Source: a virus
Lineage: Duplodnaviria; Caudoviricetes
Strand: one strand, 5' to 3'
Virus record (IMG/VR): IMGVR_UViG_3300043009_000039
Span: 1 to 64,000 of that record
DNA length: 64,000 nucleotides
Shown here: one piece after another, positions 10,079-20,015 of the stretch
How positions within the stretch are numbered: position 1 is the first letter of the stretch
Layout: every line of letters starts with the position of its first letter
Made by a program: the position numbers and the translations under genes
The notes under the pieces: generated by a model
Told to the model about the DNA's origin: nothing
Databases searched by the model: none
What the model saw: only the letters and a program-made list of their open reading frames with translations

Positions 10079-10464
10079 TTTAGATACTTTTTAATCAGCC
10101 ATAAAGCGGCCATTATAATTGCTAAAACGCTCACCCCTATTGACATCCCGCCTATATCCAACTTGAATTGCTGCCATTTGGTGAGGCTTTTCTCGACGGG
10201 ATAAGGTACGCTGATAGAGTCAATCTTGTTCACGTATGTCGTATCGACCCGCTCCGATATTTTGTAAACAAACTTGTATTTGTACTCTCGAACCGTATCG
10301 TTACGCACTTCTAAAAATACGCTATCTCTTTGGATAAGAGTATCTTTAGCAATTTTGTAATATATCACACTGTCAAGTCTGACGGACTCAACGGGAACAT
10401 ACTTCACGCTCCTGCACGAACACAAAAGCGTGAAGAATAAGAGGATATAGACAATTTTACGCAT
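10075..10464 (-). CDS. Lipoprotein, putative unimolecular spanin
   Basis: Signal peptide with lipobox LLCSC and a C-terminal hydrophobic helix (IGGMSIGVSVLAIIMAALWLI); close to the endolysin. Confidence 0.6.
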   Translation of the reverse strand: MRKIVYILLFFTLLCSCRSVKYVPVESVRLDSVIYYKIAKDTLIQRDSVFLEVRNDTVREYKYKFVYKISERVDTTYVNKIDSISVPYPVEKSLTKWQQFKLDIGGMSIGVSVLAIIMAALWLIKKYLK

Positions 10465-10786
10465 GACCGCAGACGAGAATTATAATGGTTATCAAAGCAA
10501 TAAAAACGAGCACTATGACGGCCAACGCTTTCTGCGCGGCGCAAACTTCAAAGGTTTCATCTTCCTCTTCGTCGTCCTTATAGCCCGTCTGCGCAAGTTC
10601 TTCCTTGTGTCTGATTGGCGAACAAACCAAGCCTTTCTTGAACTTGTAGTACGAGGTATGCACCACCTCGTCCGTGTCCTGAAATTCCACCAAGATGTTT
10701 TTACAGTTGGTGTATTCGATGATTCTCATTGTCAGGCCTTGGCAATTAGTGCCTGTTTCGCCCGTTCTGTCTATCTTCTGTGCCAT
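10457..10786 (-). CDS. Small protein: homing-endonuclease-type N-terminal repeat plus C-terminal TM helix
   Basis: RTGETGTNCQGLTMRIIEYTNCKNILVEFQD...SYYKFKKG resembles N-terminal repeats of phage HNH endonucleases; C-terminal ALAVIVLVFIALITIIILVC. Confidence 0.45.
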   Translation of the reverse strand: MAQKIDRTGETGTNCQGLTMRIIEYTNCKNILVEFQDTDEVVHTSYYKFKKGLVCSPIRHKEELAQTGYKDDEEEDETFEVCAAQKALAVIVLVFIALITIIILVCGHA

Positions 10787-10788
10787 AA

Positions 10789-11295
10789 TCAGGAGTATTT
10801 TAAAGCGTTGATACGATTAATCCAGCCGTTGAGATATTCCGCTTGCGTCGGGTCGTTTGCCGCAATATTACGCACGAACCGAAGCCGAGCTTCCTTTATT
10901 TGTTCGAACAACTCCTGCGGATTGGCGTTGTTGATTGCCGCGAGCGTGATATTGCCTACAATGCCGTCCTGCGCCGTCCCGAGAATCTTCTGTACCTGCT
11001 TGATTACGGTTTTTGTACCGCTGTTCCACGCCCAGTCCACACAAGCGTTGGCGACATTCTGATTCTTGATGTAGTCGCCTTTGAACGGGTACCAAAATCC
11101 TTTGTTGAAGATGTATTTCCACTGTTCGTCTGTGATATTCTTCAACTGCTCAATCGTGGCGTCCTGACCGTAATACTGTCTGAACGTCGCAATCGTAATG
11201 CCCTTGTTTGTCGCCTTGCCTTTGTCCGTCTTTCTGTTTACAAATCCACCTTCCCATTTCAGGATAAATGGAATAAGTTTGCTTGAATCTGCCAT
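10789..11295 (-). CDS. Endolysin, glycoside hydrolase family 108 with PG-binding domain
   Basis: ILKWEGGFVN..DKGKATNKGIT catalytic motif; DWAWNSG; DGIVGNITL; YLNGWINRI. Confidence 0.9.
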   Translation of the reverse strand: MADSSKLIPFILKWEGGFVNRKTDKGKATNKGITIATFRQYYGQDATIEQLKNITDEQWKYIFNKGFWYPFKGDYIKNQNVANACVDWAWNSGTKTVIKQVQKILGTAQDGIVGNITLAAINNANPQELFEQIKEARLRFVRNIAANDPTQAEYLNGWINRINALKYS

Positions 11296-11298
11296 AAA

Positions 11299-11910
11299 TT
11301 ATTCTTTAAAGTTTGGGTCTTTGATTAAATGCCAATGTTCCATAGCATACTTCTCGGTTTGCAACCAACACTCTTTGCGGGTATGCTCGCAAATTGTATT
11401 AAATTTAGGCTGTACAATAACATATTGTTCGCTTGTCTTGTCTGAAACGTTGAATTTATCGTTCAGCTTTACACGCAGGTCGGCTTCGGTCTTTTGAAGC
11501 AATGCCAATGTTCTCACATCCAAACCTTCCGTCTTTTTCAGCTCCAAGATTTCTTTCAACTGCATCTCGATACCCTGACGGTTCTCGTCGAAGGTGATAC
11601 CCTCGCTGTCGTCATCATTTTTGCGTTTAATCTGCGCCAAAGCGTTTTGCAGGTCTATGCCGCTGTCTTTCTTGGAACTTTCAAGCTTCTCGTCCTCGAA
11701 TCTTCGAATCAGGTATTTTACGTTTTCAAGCGACTCGTATGCGCTGATGTCGTTGTTCGCTTGCGGAGGCCCGAATACAACCGTGTAGGCTGTCAGTGAA
11801 TCTTCGAACTTCACGCGCAATACAGCGTAAGCAATATCTCTGATTCTCACGCTGTGCCCTCTAAGCTTGGCTTCTTCCGTAATCTGTTTTAAGATACTCT
11901 TATTTTCCAT
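11299..11910 (-). CDS. Hypothetical protein, possible terminase small subunit
   Basis: About 200-aa ORF directly adjacent to TerL; function inferred from position only. Confidence 0.4.
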   Translation of the reverse strand: MENKSILKQITEEAKLRGHSVRIRDIAYAVLRVKFEDSLTAYTVVFGPPQANNDISAYESLENVKYLIRRFEDEKLESSKKDSGIDLQNALAQIKRKNDDDSEGITFDENRQGIEMQLKEILELKKTEGLDVRTLALLQKTEADLRVKLNDKFNVSDKTSEQYVIVQPKFNTICEHTRKECWLQTEKYAMEHWHLIKDPNFKE

Positions 11911-11912
11911 AG

Positions 11913-13550
11913 TCAACACCAAAAAGTTTCGTCATAAATATTAGCGCCGCCGTTATTGCCATCTTCATAGTCGTCGTTTTGGGGCGCAACTTCAAGCTCC
12001 GTACCGTACTCGCAGAAGATATACTGCGACATGACCATATGAATGGCATCGCATAAGTCCATAGACTTGGAACCCGTCAGTCGACTGTTCATGGCTTTCT
12101 TCGTCAGGAGCTTCTTCTTACCCGAAAAGTCCTCTTCAAACTCCACAACGCCGCACTCTTCCGCGAACTCGTTCAGGATTGTGTACTGCTGTCCGCTACT
12201 GTGCTCGTATATGGAGTTTGCGACTTTCTCGTCAATGGAGAATCTTCCGCTATTGATTGCCTCGGCAAGACGCATATAGCACTCGTCCTTCATGCGCTTG
12301 AAGTTTCGCATATAGATGCCTCGCGCCGGGACAAACGAGATATACGAGATGGCTTCGGGGATGTAGTCAATCATGTATGCCGCACGCTGACCGTCGTATA
12401 TTATATGACTGTCCGCGATGCCGTGCTTCAATGCCATCCTCTTTATCCAATCGGCATTCTGCCTTGGGGTCGATTTAGGCAGAATCATATAGTCGAATAC
12501 ATGAAAACCGTCAATGGCTAAAATTACCGTGGCGTCCTTTCCCGTGTCTGCAAGGTCGGCGCATATATACTTCCTGCCATTCGTACACGGGCCGTTTTCT
12601 ACAACCAAACGCGCATTCTTTGGTTGTATGAGCTGATTCTCGGAAGAGTCCATATCCACGAGCCAATTACCGAGCAGGAGCGCTTCACCTTCTTTACCGC
12701 TGACGTTACCTACGTAGTCTCTGTTGGCTCCAAGGAGAGCTTTGTTTTCCGCAAGATTGCCGAGGATAAATGTAAAGGACTTGATAAGGTTCTCGTAAGT
12801 AATCGTATCATCCTTCATCATCTTTAATTTTCGGTCTATCGACGCCTTGGCTTTCCAATAAACTTCTTCTTTGGTTTCGCCCCAAACGTAATCATCAACC
12901 GAGTCGCCGTCGAGATAGACATACATAACCATGCCGCTCTTCTCGGGCGGTACAAAACCGTCCTCGCCGATGTAGTGTTTCAGCATTCGCCGAACCCAAT
13001 GACTTTTTGACGGGTTGGTTGTCGCTCTAACCTTCCCCGTCCATTTACCCGTACCTCGGGCGCGGGATGCAAGATAGTTCCAAGTGTAAAAACTAAACCC
13101 CGTCAACTCTTCGAAGAATATTGCGTCCGCTTGAAGCCCTTTGAAAGTTTCTCTCACCTTCTGCGGGTTCTCGTCGGCTATCTGTCGGCATTCAATCCAA
13201 GCACCCGTCTGTTTGAACGTGATGCGTGGATTCTCGGAAATCTTTATAGAGATGGAATCGCCGTATGCCATTTCAAAATCCGATACAATACCCCCCGCGC
13301 TTTTAAGTTCTCCGAGGGTTCTGCGGAAGAATACCGCGCGGTAGTTGCTGTCTAAAAATGGTTCAGAGTTCGCTAAAATTGCCCCAAATGACTTGCCACC
13401 GCCAAGGGTACCGCCAAAAATGGCTATATCAACGGAAGTTCTGACGAATTTCTCTTGCCCGCCCGCTTGTGGACTAATGATTTTTATTTTGCTTTCTTCT
13501 TGCGCCATAACTATTCCTTTATAGTTGCCGCTTCCCATTATATTCGACAC
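11913..13550 (-). CDS. terL: Terminase large subunit
   Basis: SPQAGGQ Q-motif, Walker A GGTLGGGKS, Walker B IFFEELT, coupling motif RATTNP, RNase H-like nuclease (ICADLADTGKD; SMDLCDA). Confidence 0.93.
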   Translation of the reverse strand: MSNIMGSGNYKGIVMAQEESKIKIISPQAGGQEKFVRTSVDIAIFGGTLGGGKSFGAILANSEPFLDSNYRAVFFRRTLGELKSAGGIVSDFEMAYGDSISIKISENPRITFKQTGAWIECRQIADENPQKVRETFKGLQADAIFFEELTGFSFYTWNYLASRARGTGKWTGKVRATTNPSKSHWVRRMLKHYIGEDGFVPPEKSGMVMYVYLDGDSVDDYVWGETKEEVYWKAKASIDRKLKMMKDDTITYENLIKSFTFILGNLAENKALLGANRDYVGNVSGKEGEALLLGNWLVDMDSSENQLIQPKNARLVVENGPCTNGRKYICADLADTGKDATVILAIDGFHVFDYMILPKSTPRQNADWIKRMALKHGIADSHIIYDGQRAAYMIDYIPEAISYISFVPARGIYMRNFKRMKDECYMRLAEAINSGRFSIDEKVANSIYEHSSGQQYTILNEFAEECGVVEFEEDFSGKKKLLTKKAMNSRLTGSKSMDLCDAIHMVMSQYIFCEYGTELEVAPQNDDYEDGNNGGANIYDETFWC

Positions 13551-13614
13551 ATCAAAATGCTATGCCGAACCCGCCCCGCGTGCAAGAGGACGTTACTTAT
13601 TTAGTTCTAATATA

Positions 13615-13622
13615 CAAATATA
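13615..13622 (-). promoter_or_regulatory. Putative -7 box (TATATTTG) for the leftward terminase/portal operon
   Basis: Matches TAnnTTTG; no clear -33 box. Confidence 0.45.
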
Positions 13623-13665
13623 CAAAGGACTGAATTGCAACTTCTTCAACATTTTGCGGAATCTT

Positions 13666-13729
13666 TATCACACTGACGGATTTGAAGTTAAATATTTTTG
13701 TTAGTTATAAAACAACCTTTATATTTTTG
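13666..13729 (+). promoter_or_regulatory. Late promoter for the head operon: TATCACACTGACG box, TTTG(-33)-N21-TATTTTTG(-7)
   Basis: Box 13666-13678, TTTG 13697-13700, -7 box 13722-13729. Confidence 0.6.
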
Positions 13730-13749
13730 TCAAAACATTTTTGTACGCT

Positions 13750-14403
13750 ATGAAATTTACTAAAGAACAAGCGGTTGAAAGCCTCAAACGCGAATTGACT
13801 AACAACGGCAAGAAAACCTTGCGCATGTCAGAGAGAACATTGGATTCGATAGTAGAAACCCTGCTGCCGAAGTTTGCGAACGAAGATACGGGGTTGCCTG
13901 ATTTTATCACGGAAGCACTCGTTATCCTGAACCCCGTTAACGACAATATCGGGAAGGATAAATCGGACTTTGCAAAGCAATGGGCAAAAGACCACCCGAC
14001 GGAACCTGAACCTACTCCCGACCCGAAGCCGAAACCTGCGGAACCAAACTCGGAATACGAGGCTTTGAAGAGGGAAATCGAAGCGATGAAAGCGGAAAGA
14101 GAGCAGGAAGCTCTCCAACGGAAATTATCGGACAAAAGAAACGAGCTTTTATCCGCTTGTAAGGAAAAGGGTATTAAAGACGACGAATGGTTGAACTCTT
14201 TTATTTCGGAGGTAAATATTACGGAAGAGCTTAACGTGAGCGAAAAGGCCGACTCTTGGCTCAAGCTTTACAACAAGTCAAAAGCACATGTCGAACCTGC
14301 TCCGACTCCGCTCCCACCGAACGGCGGCAAAATTGACTCGATTGACTCTCTGAAACGAGCCGCGGAGATGGCTAAGAAACAGAGAGAATCACAGAAGTTT
14401 TAA
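13750..14403 (+). CDS. Capsid scaffolding protein
   Basis: Charged coiled-coil with a PEPTPDPKPKP linker, upstream of the capsid genes; ATG at 13750. Confidence 0.7.
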   Translation: MKFTKEQAVESLKRELTNNGKKTLRMSERTLDSIVETLLPKFANEDTGLPDFITEALVILNPVNDNIGKDKSDFAKQWAKDHPTEPEPTPDPKPKPAEPNSEYEALKREIEAMKAEREQEALQRKLSDKRNELLSACKEKGIKDDEWLNSFISEVNITEELNVSEKADSWLKLYNKSKAHVEPAPTPLPPNGGKIDSIDSLKRAAEMAKKQRESQKF

Positions 14404-14421
14404 CTTATAAAATAAAATACG

Positions 14422-15183
14422 ATGGCGCAAGTTACGAAAGAGGCCGCTGGTACCTTCCTTGCAGGACGTACCCTCATTCAACAGAGCGGCAAAATTGGCG
14501 GTGCTAAACACGTTTTCGTCCGTTTCGACGATAACTACAGCGACCTGCTCCCATTCCCATTCGGCGGTAGAATCATGAACGCCCCGAAAGGCGCATTCCG
14601 ATTCTTCGCTGGCGACTTGTTCTATATGGAATATGACGCCAAAACAGAGAATCCGAAACTTTACATGCTCAAGACCTACGAAGTTGTTTCCGCTTCGGGT
14701 ACGACCGTAAATATCGTTCGCGACGGTTACAAGCACATTCCGTTTGTCGGTGACGTGCTTACAATCGCTCCCGCCACAATCGGCGGCAAGGGGGAAGCGC
14801 TTACGGTTATCGGCGTAACTGAAACGACCGTTACCGACAAGGGTAATGTTTGGGCTTTGACTTTGGCCAAGGCTCCGACTACCGCTCCGAAGGAAGGTGA
14901 CGTGCTTGTTGAAGCGGACACGGACGGCAATATGGTTGTGAAGAACATCAATGCTTGGGCAGACCAAGACTTGACATTCTCTTACAATCCGAGCGCAAGC
15001 GGAGATTCCATGACCGACTTTGAATCGGCCAAGTACTTCTACACGCCAGTTGTTGCGGCTACGGCATACATTCACAAGATGTCACCGCTTCCACAGTGTG
15101 TGCTTGATTTGAACTCCGCCAACGTGAACGGTTGGTTCAGAATCGACGCTCGGGTTAAGCCGACAGTTTTGGCTCAAAAGTGA
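14422..15183 (+). CDS. Head decoration/capsid accessory protein
   Basis: 253-aa beta-rich protein between scaffold and major capsid protein. Confidence 0.55.
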   Translation: MAQVTKEAAGTFLAGRTLIQQSGKIGGAKHVFVRFDDNYSDLLPFPFGGRIMNAPKGAFRFFAGDLFYMEYDAKTENPKLYMLKTYEVVSASGTTVNIVRDGYKHIPFVGDVLTIAPATIGGKGEALTVIGVTETTVTDKGNVWALTLAKAPTTAPKEGDVLVEADTDGNMVVKNINAWADQDLTFSYNPSASGDSMTDFESAKYFYTPVVAATAYIHKMSPLPQCVLDLNSANVNGWFRIDARVKPTVLAQK

Positions 15184-15210
15184 TTAATTAACTCCTAACA
15201 AACAAGACGT

Positions 15211-16395
15211 ATGAAATTTGACTTTTCCAATTCCAAATACGTTCAAATGTTCGAGAACTCGGTTGAAGGGCGCAACATCATCTCTTACATTCTGAACGAC
15301 CCAGACCTCATTCGTGCGAATTACGCTCTGTGGAAAACGTTCTTCCCGGTTGACCCGACACTCGTGGCAACAGCGAACGACGGTACAGCCGCAATCAAGA
15401 TTACGGCGCGTGAGCCTGAACACGCCACCATCGCCGACATGCGTGCTCCTCGCGGTATCGGTCGCCTCGGCGAAGAAGGGGCTTCGAGCTTCTACAACGC
15501 CACGTTTGCCGATATGATTTCGGTTTCATGGCAGGAACAAGCTATGGAACGCGAACAGAAGGAACGCATCTTTGCAGAGTTTGGCGACGATGCTCCGATT
15601 CTTCTCGGCTATGCAACCAACGTGCTTCAGCCGCGCCTCGACGGTATCGACATGGCACTCACGAACATGTCCATGCAAGCCATCTCCACGGGTCAGGTGC
15701 TTTACAACTTCGGTCAGGGTATTAAATCTCCGATTTATTCCGCTCCGATTCCAGAAGCCAACAAGACGACTGCGGGCACAAAGGTTTGGGCCGATGACGA
15801 CTGTATGCTTCTCGACCAAATCGTAGCTATCTCGAAGAAGTATCGCGAAGAAGTATGGGGTCGTGAAAGCATGGAACTTGAACTTGACATCACCTATGAA
15901 CAGTTCACTCAGGTATTCTTGAAGAACAAGCAGGTGATTGACACCATCAAGTTCAACTACCTCCTCGACAACGGTCAGCTCATTTCTCAGACGGATGCCG
16001 TTCCTGCGGCTCTCATCACCGAAGAAGCGTTCAACCGTTACGTTGCCGGGCGATTCCCTGAACTTCCGAAGATTCGCGTGATTTCGGAACATCAGAAAGA
16101 CGGCGACAAGATTATCCGCGGTTGGAAGTCGGGCGTTGCCGTTCTTCGTCCTGTAGGCATCGCAGGTCATACTTATCGCACGGAGATTATCGACAAGTAT
16201 CTCTACGACAAGTACGGCAACAACCAAATCGTGAAGGTGTTTGGCACTACGCTTGACGGCGTTGCAACTGTTATCAACACCACGGGCATCAACGGTATGT
16301 ACAAGTATTGGGCAACGGATGTTGTGGCAAGCGCCGCGCCGATGCTTGAAAACTACCTCTATCAGGTGCTTATCGACACGACTACTGCCGATTAA
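15211..16395 (+). CDS. Major capsid protein (HK97 fold)
   Basis: 394 aa after scaffold/decoration genes and followed by a strong terminator; ADMRAP..G motif. Confidence 0.8.
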   Translation: MKFDFSNSKYVQMFENSVEGRNIISYILNDPDLIRANYALWKTFFPVDPTLVATANDGTAAIKITAREPEHATIADMRAPRGIGRLGEEGASSFYNATFADMISVSWQEQAMEREQKERIFAEFGDDAPILLGYATNVLQPRLDGIDMALTNMSMQAISTGQVLYNFGQGIKSPIYSAPIPEANKTTAGTKVWADDDCMLLDQIVAISKKYREEVWGRESMELELDITYEQFTQVFLKNKQVIDTIKFNYLLDNGQLISQTDAVPAALITEEAFNRYVAGRFPELPKIRVISEHQKDGDKIIRGWKSGVAVLRPVGIAGHTYRTEIIDKYLYDKYGNNQIVKVFGTTLDGVATVINTTGINGMYKYWATDVVASAAPMLENYLYQVLIDTTTAD

Positions 16396-16432
16396 AGTGT
16401 GCAAAAATCATCATAGGTTCTAATAGAAGGTG

Positions 16433-16464
16433 AAAGGAGGGGGTTGTGAAATCTCCTCCTTTTT
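16433..16464 (+). terminator. Intrinsic terminator after the capsid gene
   Basis: AAAGGAGGGG-loop-CTCCTCCTTTTT. Confidence 0.75.
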
Positions 16465-16482
16465 CGGTTATATGCACTCGTT

Positions 16483-16546
16483 TGACACAGTGATAGTTTA
16501 ACGGATTTTGCAACTGAACCGAAAACGCTTTCACGACGTATTTTTA
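16483..16546 (+). promoter_or_regulatory. Late promoter candidate: TGACACAGTGATA box plus TATTTTTA -7-like box
   Basis: Same 56-nt box-to-(-7) offset as at 13666. Confidence 0.45.
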
Positions 16547-16561
16547 AAACAAAAAAAAGTC

Positions 16562-16783
16562 ATGGGTAAAGGACGTTTTAAGAAATGGGCACTCATACAC
16601 AGCGTTGCGCTTGTGTTCGCAATGGTGGGAGTATCATTTATATTGATGGGATTTTATGTTGACACGCGGGAATCGGTTTCACCTGCCACAATCGGAATCG
16701 TAGGTGAAATCATACTCTTCGCGGCTGCTCTGCCTCTGTGCGAGCGGCATGTGGTTAATAAAAGAGGAAGAAAGAGAGATTGA
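16562..16783 (+). CDS. Small two-TM membrane protein (holin/antiholin-like)
   Basis: Two hydrophobic helices and a basic C-terminus; ATG at 16562. Confidence 0.55.
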   Translation: MGKGRFKKWALIHSVALVFAMVGVSFILMGFYVDTRESVSPATIGIVGEIILFAAALPLCERHVVNKRGRKRD

Positions 16784-16786
16784 TTT

Positions 16787-17239
16787 ATGGAAAACTGCTG
16801 CTTTTCAGAATGGTTGACATCACATGTTGTTCCGCAAGTTACTGAGTTCTTTTCGTTCTTGGCGCCTTGGTTGCTGCTGACGCTTGTATCTACGATATGC
16901 GATTATCGCTTTGCCGTTCAAGCTTGGAAAGCGGACAGTAAAAGAGATAAGTCGAAGAAGCCGAAAGGGTCGAAGTACTTCAACAAGATAGTCAACTGTT
17001 TTTTGCTTGTACTCCTTGCAGGATGTTTCAGAATCACCGCCGACGTAGAGATGGGCGTTACGGCATTGTCTACCACCATGCTCGTCATATTCGCCGCGAT
17101 GGAGCTTATGAAAGCTTGGAACAGTTACCTGCGCATGGAGAACACGGGCAAACGTATAAATGTTTTGAAAGCTCTCACGGAGTTTTTCAAGTTGAAAGAT
17201 ATTGTTGAAGATGATAAAGACGAGAATTTATCACACTGA
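16787..17239 (+). CDS. Holin
   Basis: Three hydrophobic segments, CDYRFAV...SKYFNKIV pattern of Bacteroidetes phage holins, charged C-terminus. Confidence 0.7.
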   Translation: MENCCFSEWLTSHVVPQVTEFFSFLAPWLLLTLVSTICDYRFAVQAWKADSKRDKSKKPKGSKYFNKIVNCFLLVLLAGCFRITADVEMGVTALSTTMLVIFAAMELMKAWNSYLRMENTGKRINVLKALTEFFKLKDIVEDDKDENLSH

Positions 17240-17290
17240 TATGTAACTTTTTTAGACTTTTCTGATTTTTCTATAACAACTTTATTTTTG
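17229..17290 (+). promoter_or_regulatory. Late promoter: palindromic TATCACACTGATA box plus TATTTTTG -7 box
   Basis: Box 17229-17241, -7 box 17283-17290. Confidence 0.55.
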
Positions 17291-17314
17291 TATTAACTAA
17301 ACGCAACCTCTATT

Positions 17315-17695
17315 ATGATTGAAACAAAGTTTGACATCGTTGATTACGCCGCTAACGGTCTGACGGGCTACACGTTTGAACGCAAGCAGGTGGAGTATGC
17401 CGTAATGGCGAGAGGGTTGCAGGATGTAAACGATTTCAGCGAGCTTAGTCAGCAGGATATTGATTTATTGACCGCTGACCTTTTGAAAATAATATATACT
17501 ACGCCGACTCAAACGGCAAGTCAGACGGACAGTCACGGTGATTTCACCAAGACCCGAGGCAGTCAGTATATCTCGGACAAGAAGCAGATATACGAATGGA
17601 TGATGGCTCTGTATAAGAAATGGGGCGAGAATCCGTTCCCGACGGACGCCGAGCTTGAAGGAGGTTGCAGTTGGATTGATGAAAGGGATTGGTAA
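17315..17695 (+). CDS. Head-tail adaptor
   Basis: 126-aa helical protein, first gene of the neck cluster. Confidence 0.6.
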   Translation: MIETKFDIVDYAANGLTGYTFERKQVEYAVMARGLQDVNDFSELSQQDIDLLTADLLKIIYTTPTQTASQTDSHGDFTKTRGSQYISDKKQIYEWMMALYKKWGENPFPTDAELEGGCSWIDERDW

Positions 17696-18075
17696 TGCCT
17701 ATATACGATAATCCTAATATCAGCGAATATCCGTACTACGGTGCGTTTTATTCGATTGGCGTTGACGAGAGCAAGCCGCTTGATGAGCAAACTGAGGAAG
17801 AAGTATTGGTATATGAAACGGTCTGCGACATTCAGAGAACGTCCAAGCTTAACAGTGCGGGGCTTCTCGGCGCGGAATATACCATATACTTCCCTTTGTT
17901 TGAGAACCCCGATTCCACGGGCACTATTGACCTCTACAAGGATATAGTGATACGCCGAGGTATGACTTTCAGAGGGTCGTTTTACGGTTATCCCGTCGAA
18001 GGAATCGTCGAAGTGATAAGACCGTCGCAGGTGGGCGGTTGTTCGTGTGATATAAAAGTGAATACTGAAACTTAG
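17689..18075 (+). CDS. Head closure (stopper) protein
   Basis: Beta-rich 128 aa (VYETVCDIQ...YTIYFP...IRRGMTF); synteny. Confidence 0.6.
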   Translation: MVMPIYDNPNISEYPYYGAFYSIGVDESKPLDEQTEEEVLVYETVCDIQRTSKLNSAGLLGAEYTIYFPLFENPDSTGTIDLYKDIVIRRGMTFRGSFYGYPVEGIVEVIRPSQVGGCSCDIKVNTET

Positions 18076-18078
18076 CAT

Positions 18079-18558
18079 ATGCCTTGGACTCCCATACAAA
18101 AGACCATTCAGCAGTTGCAGATTACACAGCTTGCACGCGCGGGTCGAATACTTGCTTATAGGGCATACCACTTGCATAAAACGACCGACCAGTCGCACAA
18201 CCTCAGCGACTCAATCGGCTGGGCGGTCTACTTCAACGGCAGTCTTAAAGAGATGGGCTACGCCAACGATATAGAGGACTCGGATTCGACTCATAAAGGG
18301 TGGCGCAAACGAGGCATTCCGCCTAATACGGGTCGCGGTTGGTTGCAGGATTGGTGTCAGACCTATAAGCCGAAAGGCCGATACGTGCTTGTGGTTGTAG
18401 CCGCCGCGTTCTATGCCCGAATCTTGGAGGACGGGGCGCAGGTTCCCTCGGGCGGTACGAAATATAAAATCATAACCACGATTGTGGACGACATGGAGAG
18501 GGAAGCCGCCAAGGTTAAAGGCAGGGTATCAATAGTGTACGGTAATAAAAATGAGTAA
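18079..18558 (+). CDS. Neck/tail completion protein (HK97 gp10-like)
   Basis: TDQSHNLSDSIG and AAAFYARILE motifs; synteny. Confidence 0.6.
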   Translation: MPWTPIQKTIQQLQITQLARAGRILAYRAYHLHKTTDQSHNLSDSIGWAVYFNGSLKEMGYANDIEDSDSTHKGWRKRGIPPNTGRGWLQDWCQTYKPKGRYVLVVVAAAFYARILEDGAQVPSGGTKYKIITTIVDDMEREAAKVKGRVSIVYGNKNE

Positions 18559-18943
18559 CAGAAACGCAAACATATCGAAGATAGAAACTTACCTTGACAG
18601 CATCCTGAAAGGCAAGGTGAGCGACTTGTGTTACGCGGGCACTCTTCCGAGCACGTTGAACACCAATGCCACGGATATGGTGCTTATCGACTGCGGCATG
18701 GCGGTGAACGACTACAACTCGCACTGCAAGGGCGCGGTAAACATTTTTCTGTACGCCAAGCCGACGTCGACGGGCCGAAAGAACGTTACACTGCTCTCCA
18801 AGATGGAAAAAGCCTTCGACGAGGTTCTTGACAATCAGGAGAGCGAAATTTATAAGATTAGTGAGCTGTATCGCATGTCCGATTACGATACGGTCTATAA
18901 TATGCACTATATAATCATAGCTATTAACTTGATAATTATTTAG
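18551..18943 (+). CDS. Tail terminator protein
   Basis: 130 aa immediately upstream of the tail tube gene. Confidence 0.55.
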   Translation: MSNRNANISKIETYLDSILKGKVSDLCYAGTLPSTLNTNATDMVLIDCGMAVNDYNSHCKGAVNIFLYAKPTSTGRKNVTLLSKMEKAFDEVLDNQESEIYKISELYRMSDYDTVYNMHYIIIAINLIII

Positions 18944-18946
18944 ATT

Positions 18947-19495
18947 ATGGCAACAGCAACAAAGACTATTTACACCAAAGCGAAGGAAATCCTCGTAGGT
19001 GTGTGGACGGGCGACGACCACGAAACGGCTCCTACGAACGGTATTCAGCTTTCAAGCGTTATCGCCGACTCCTTGTCTATCACTCAGGACGACCCTGATA
19101 CCACCGACATCGACTGCGAAACTTCCGACGACCCAATCTTCACCGTGGCAACCGCCGGGGCGTATCAGGTAGAACTGAACAACGCCTCTATTGATGAAGA
19201 TTTCCTCACCTCGGTAATGGGTTGGACGAAAGACACTACGACGAACGCTGTCTGCGCTCCGTCTACGTATGAATCCCGCTACATTGCATTGCAGGTTAAG
19301 TTCGAAGGCAACAAGTGCGTACTTCTCCCGAAGGTGCTCATCGCTCCGAAGCTCGTGTTCGAATCCCTCTCGACCAACGTGGCATACGGTACGCTTACGG
19401 GTACTGCAACTTCGGCCAAGCTCGGCACGATGACAAGCGAAACTCCGATTGCATTGCTTACAACTCCGATTCTGACCGTGGCAGATTCAAAATAA
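18947..19495 (+). CDS. Major tail tube protein
   Basis: 182-aa T/S-rich beta protein followed by a terminator and the chaperone gene. Confidence 0.75.
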   Translation: MATATKTIYTKAKEILVGVWTGDDHETAPTNGIQLSSVIADSLSITQDDPDTTDIDCETSDDPIFTVATAGAYQVELNNASIDEDFLTSVMGWTKDTTTNAVCAPSTYESRYIALQVKFEGNKCVLLPKVLIAPKLVFESLSTNVAYGTLTGTATSAKLGTMTSETPIALLTTPILTVADSK

Positions 19496-19521
19496 CAAGA
19501 GTAAGGGTTTAGATAAAACAG

Positions 19522-19559
19522 AAAGGCGGTAGGCTCTGTGCCGCCGCCTTTTTTATTTT
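19522..19559 (+). terminator. Intrinsic terminator after the tail tube gene
   Basis: AAGGCGG-loop-CCGCCTT followed by a T-tract. Confidence 0.75.
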
Positions 19560-19565
19560 GCATAT

Positions 19566-20015
19566 ATGGAAAAGGAAGAAAAGAAATACAGCGATGTTGA
19601 CGTGCAGATGCTCATATCGAGTGTTATGGCTGATTTGCCCAAGCCGATAAAGATAGGAGAGCGGACGTACAACATTCGCGCATTGAGAGCCGGAACGCAG
19701 AATTTGATTGCTTTGGAGGCGTGCAAGATTGCCAAGAGCGGCGAATCGTTCGGTGACATCATCAAGCAGTTTGCCTCAAACGTGCCGTCAGTCATACGTG
19801 TTATCACGCTTGCCGTTCTGAATGACAAGGATAAGATTTTCGGGGAGGAATACCAACAGCTGTACGACTACATCGAGTGGGAGGTGTCGCCTCGTGAATA
19901 TCTGAATATTCTAATCGAAGTGTTCAAGATGCTGAACATCGACGCTTTTTTTTTGATTTGCAGTCAAATAGATTTGTTCCGAAATCAGCTGACGAAGAAG
20001 AGGACAGAAGCATAA
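19566..20015 (+). CDS. Tail assembly chaperone (lambda G-like)
   Basis: 149 aa between tail tube and tape measure genes; T9 slippery run near its 3' end. Confidence 0.75.
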   Translation: MEKEEKKYSDVDVQMLISSVMADLPKPIKIGERTYNIRALRAGTQNLIALEACKIAKSGESFGDIIKQFASNVPSVIRVITLAVLNDKDKIFGEEYQQLYDYIEWEVSPREYLNILIEVFKMLNIDAFFLICSQIDLFRNQLTKKRTEA

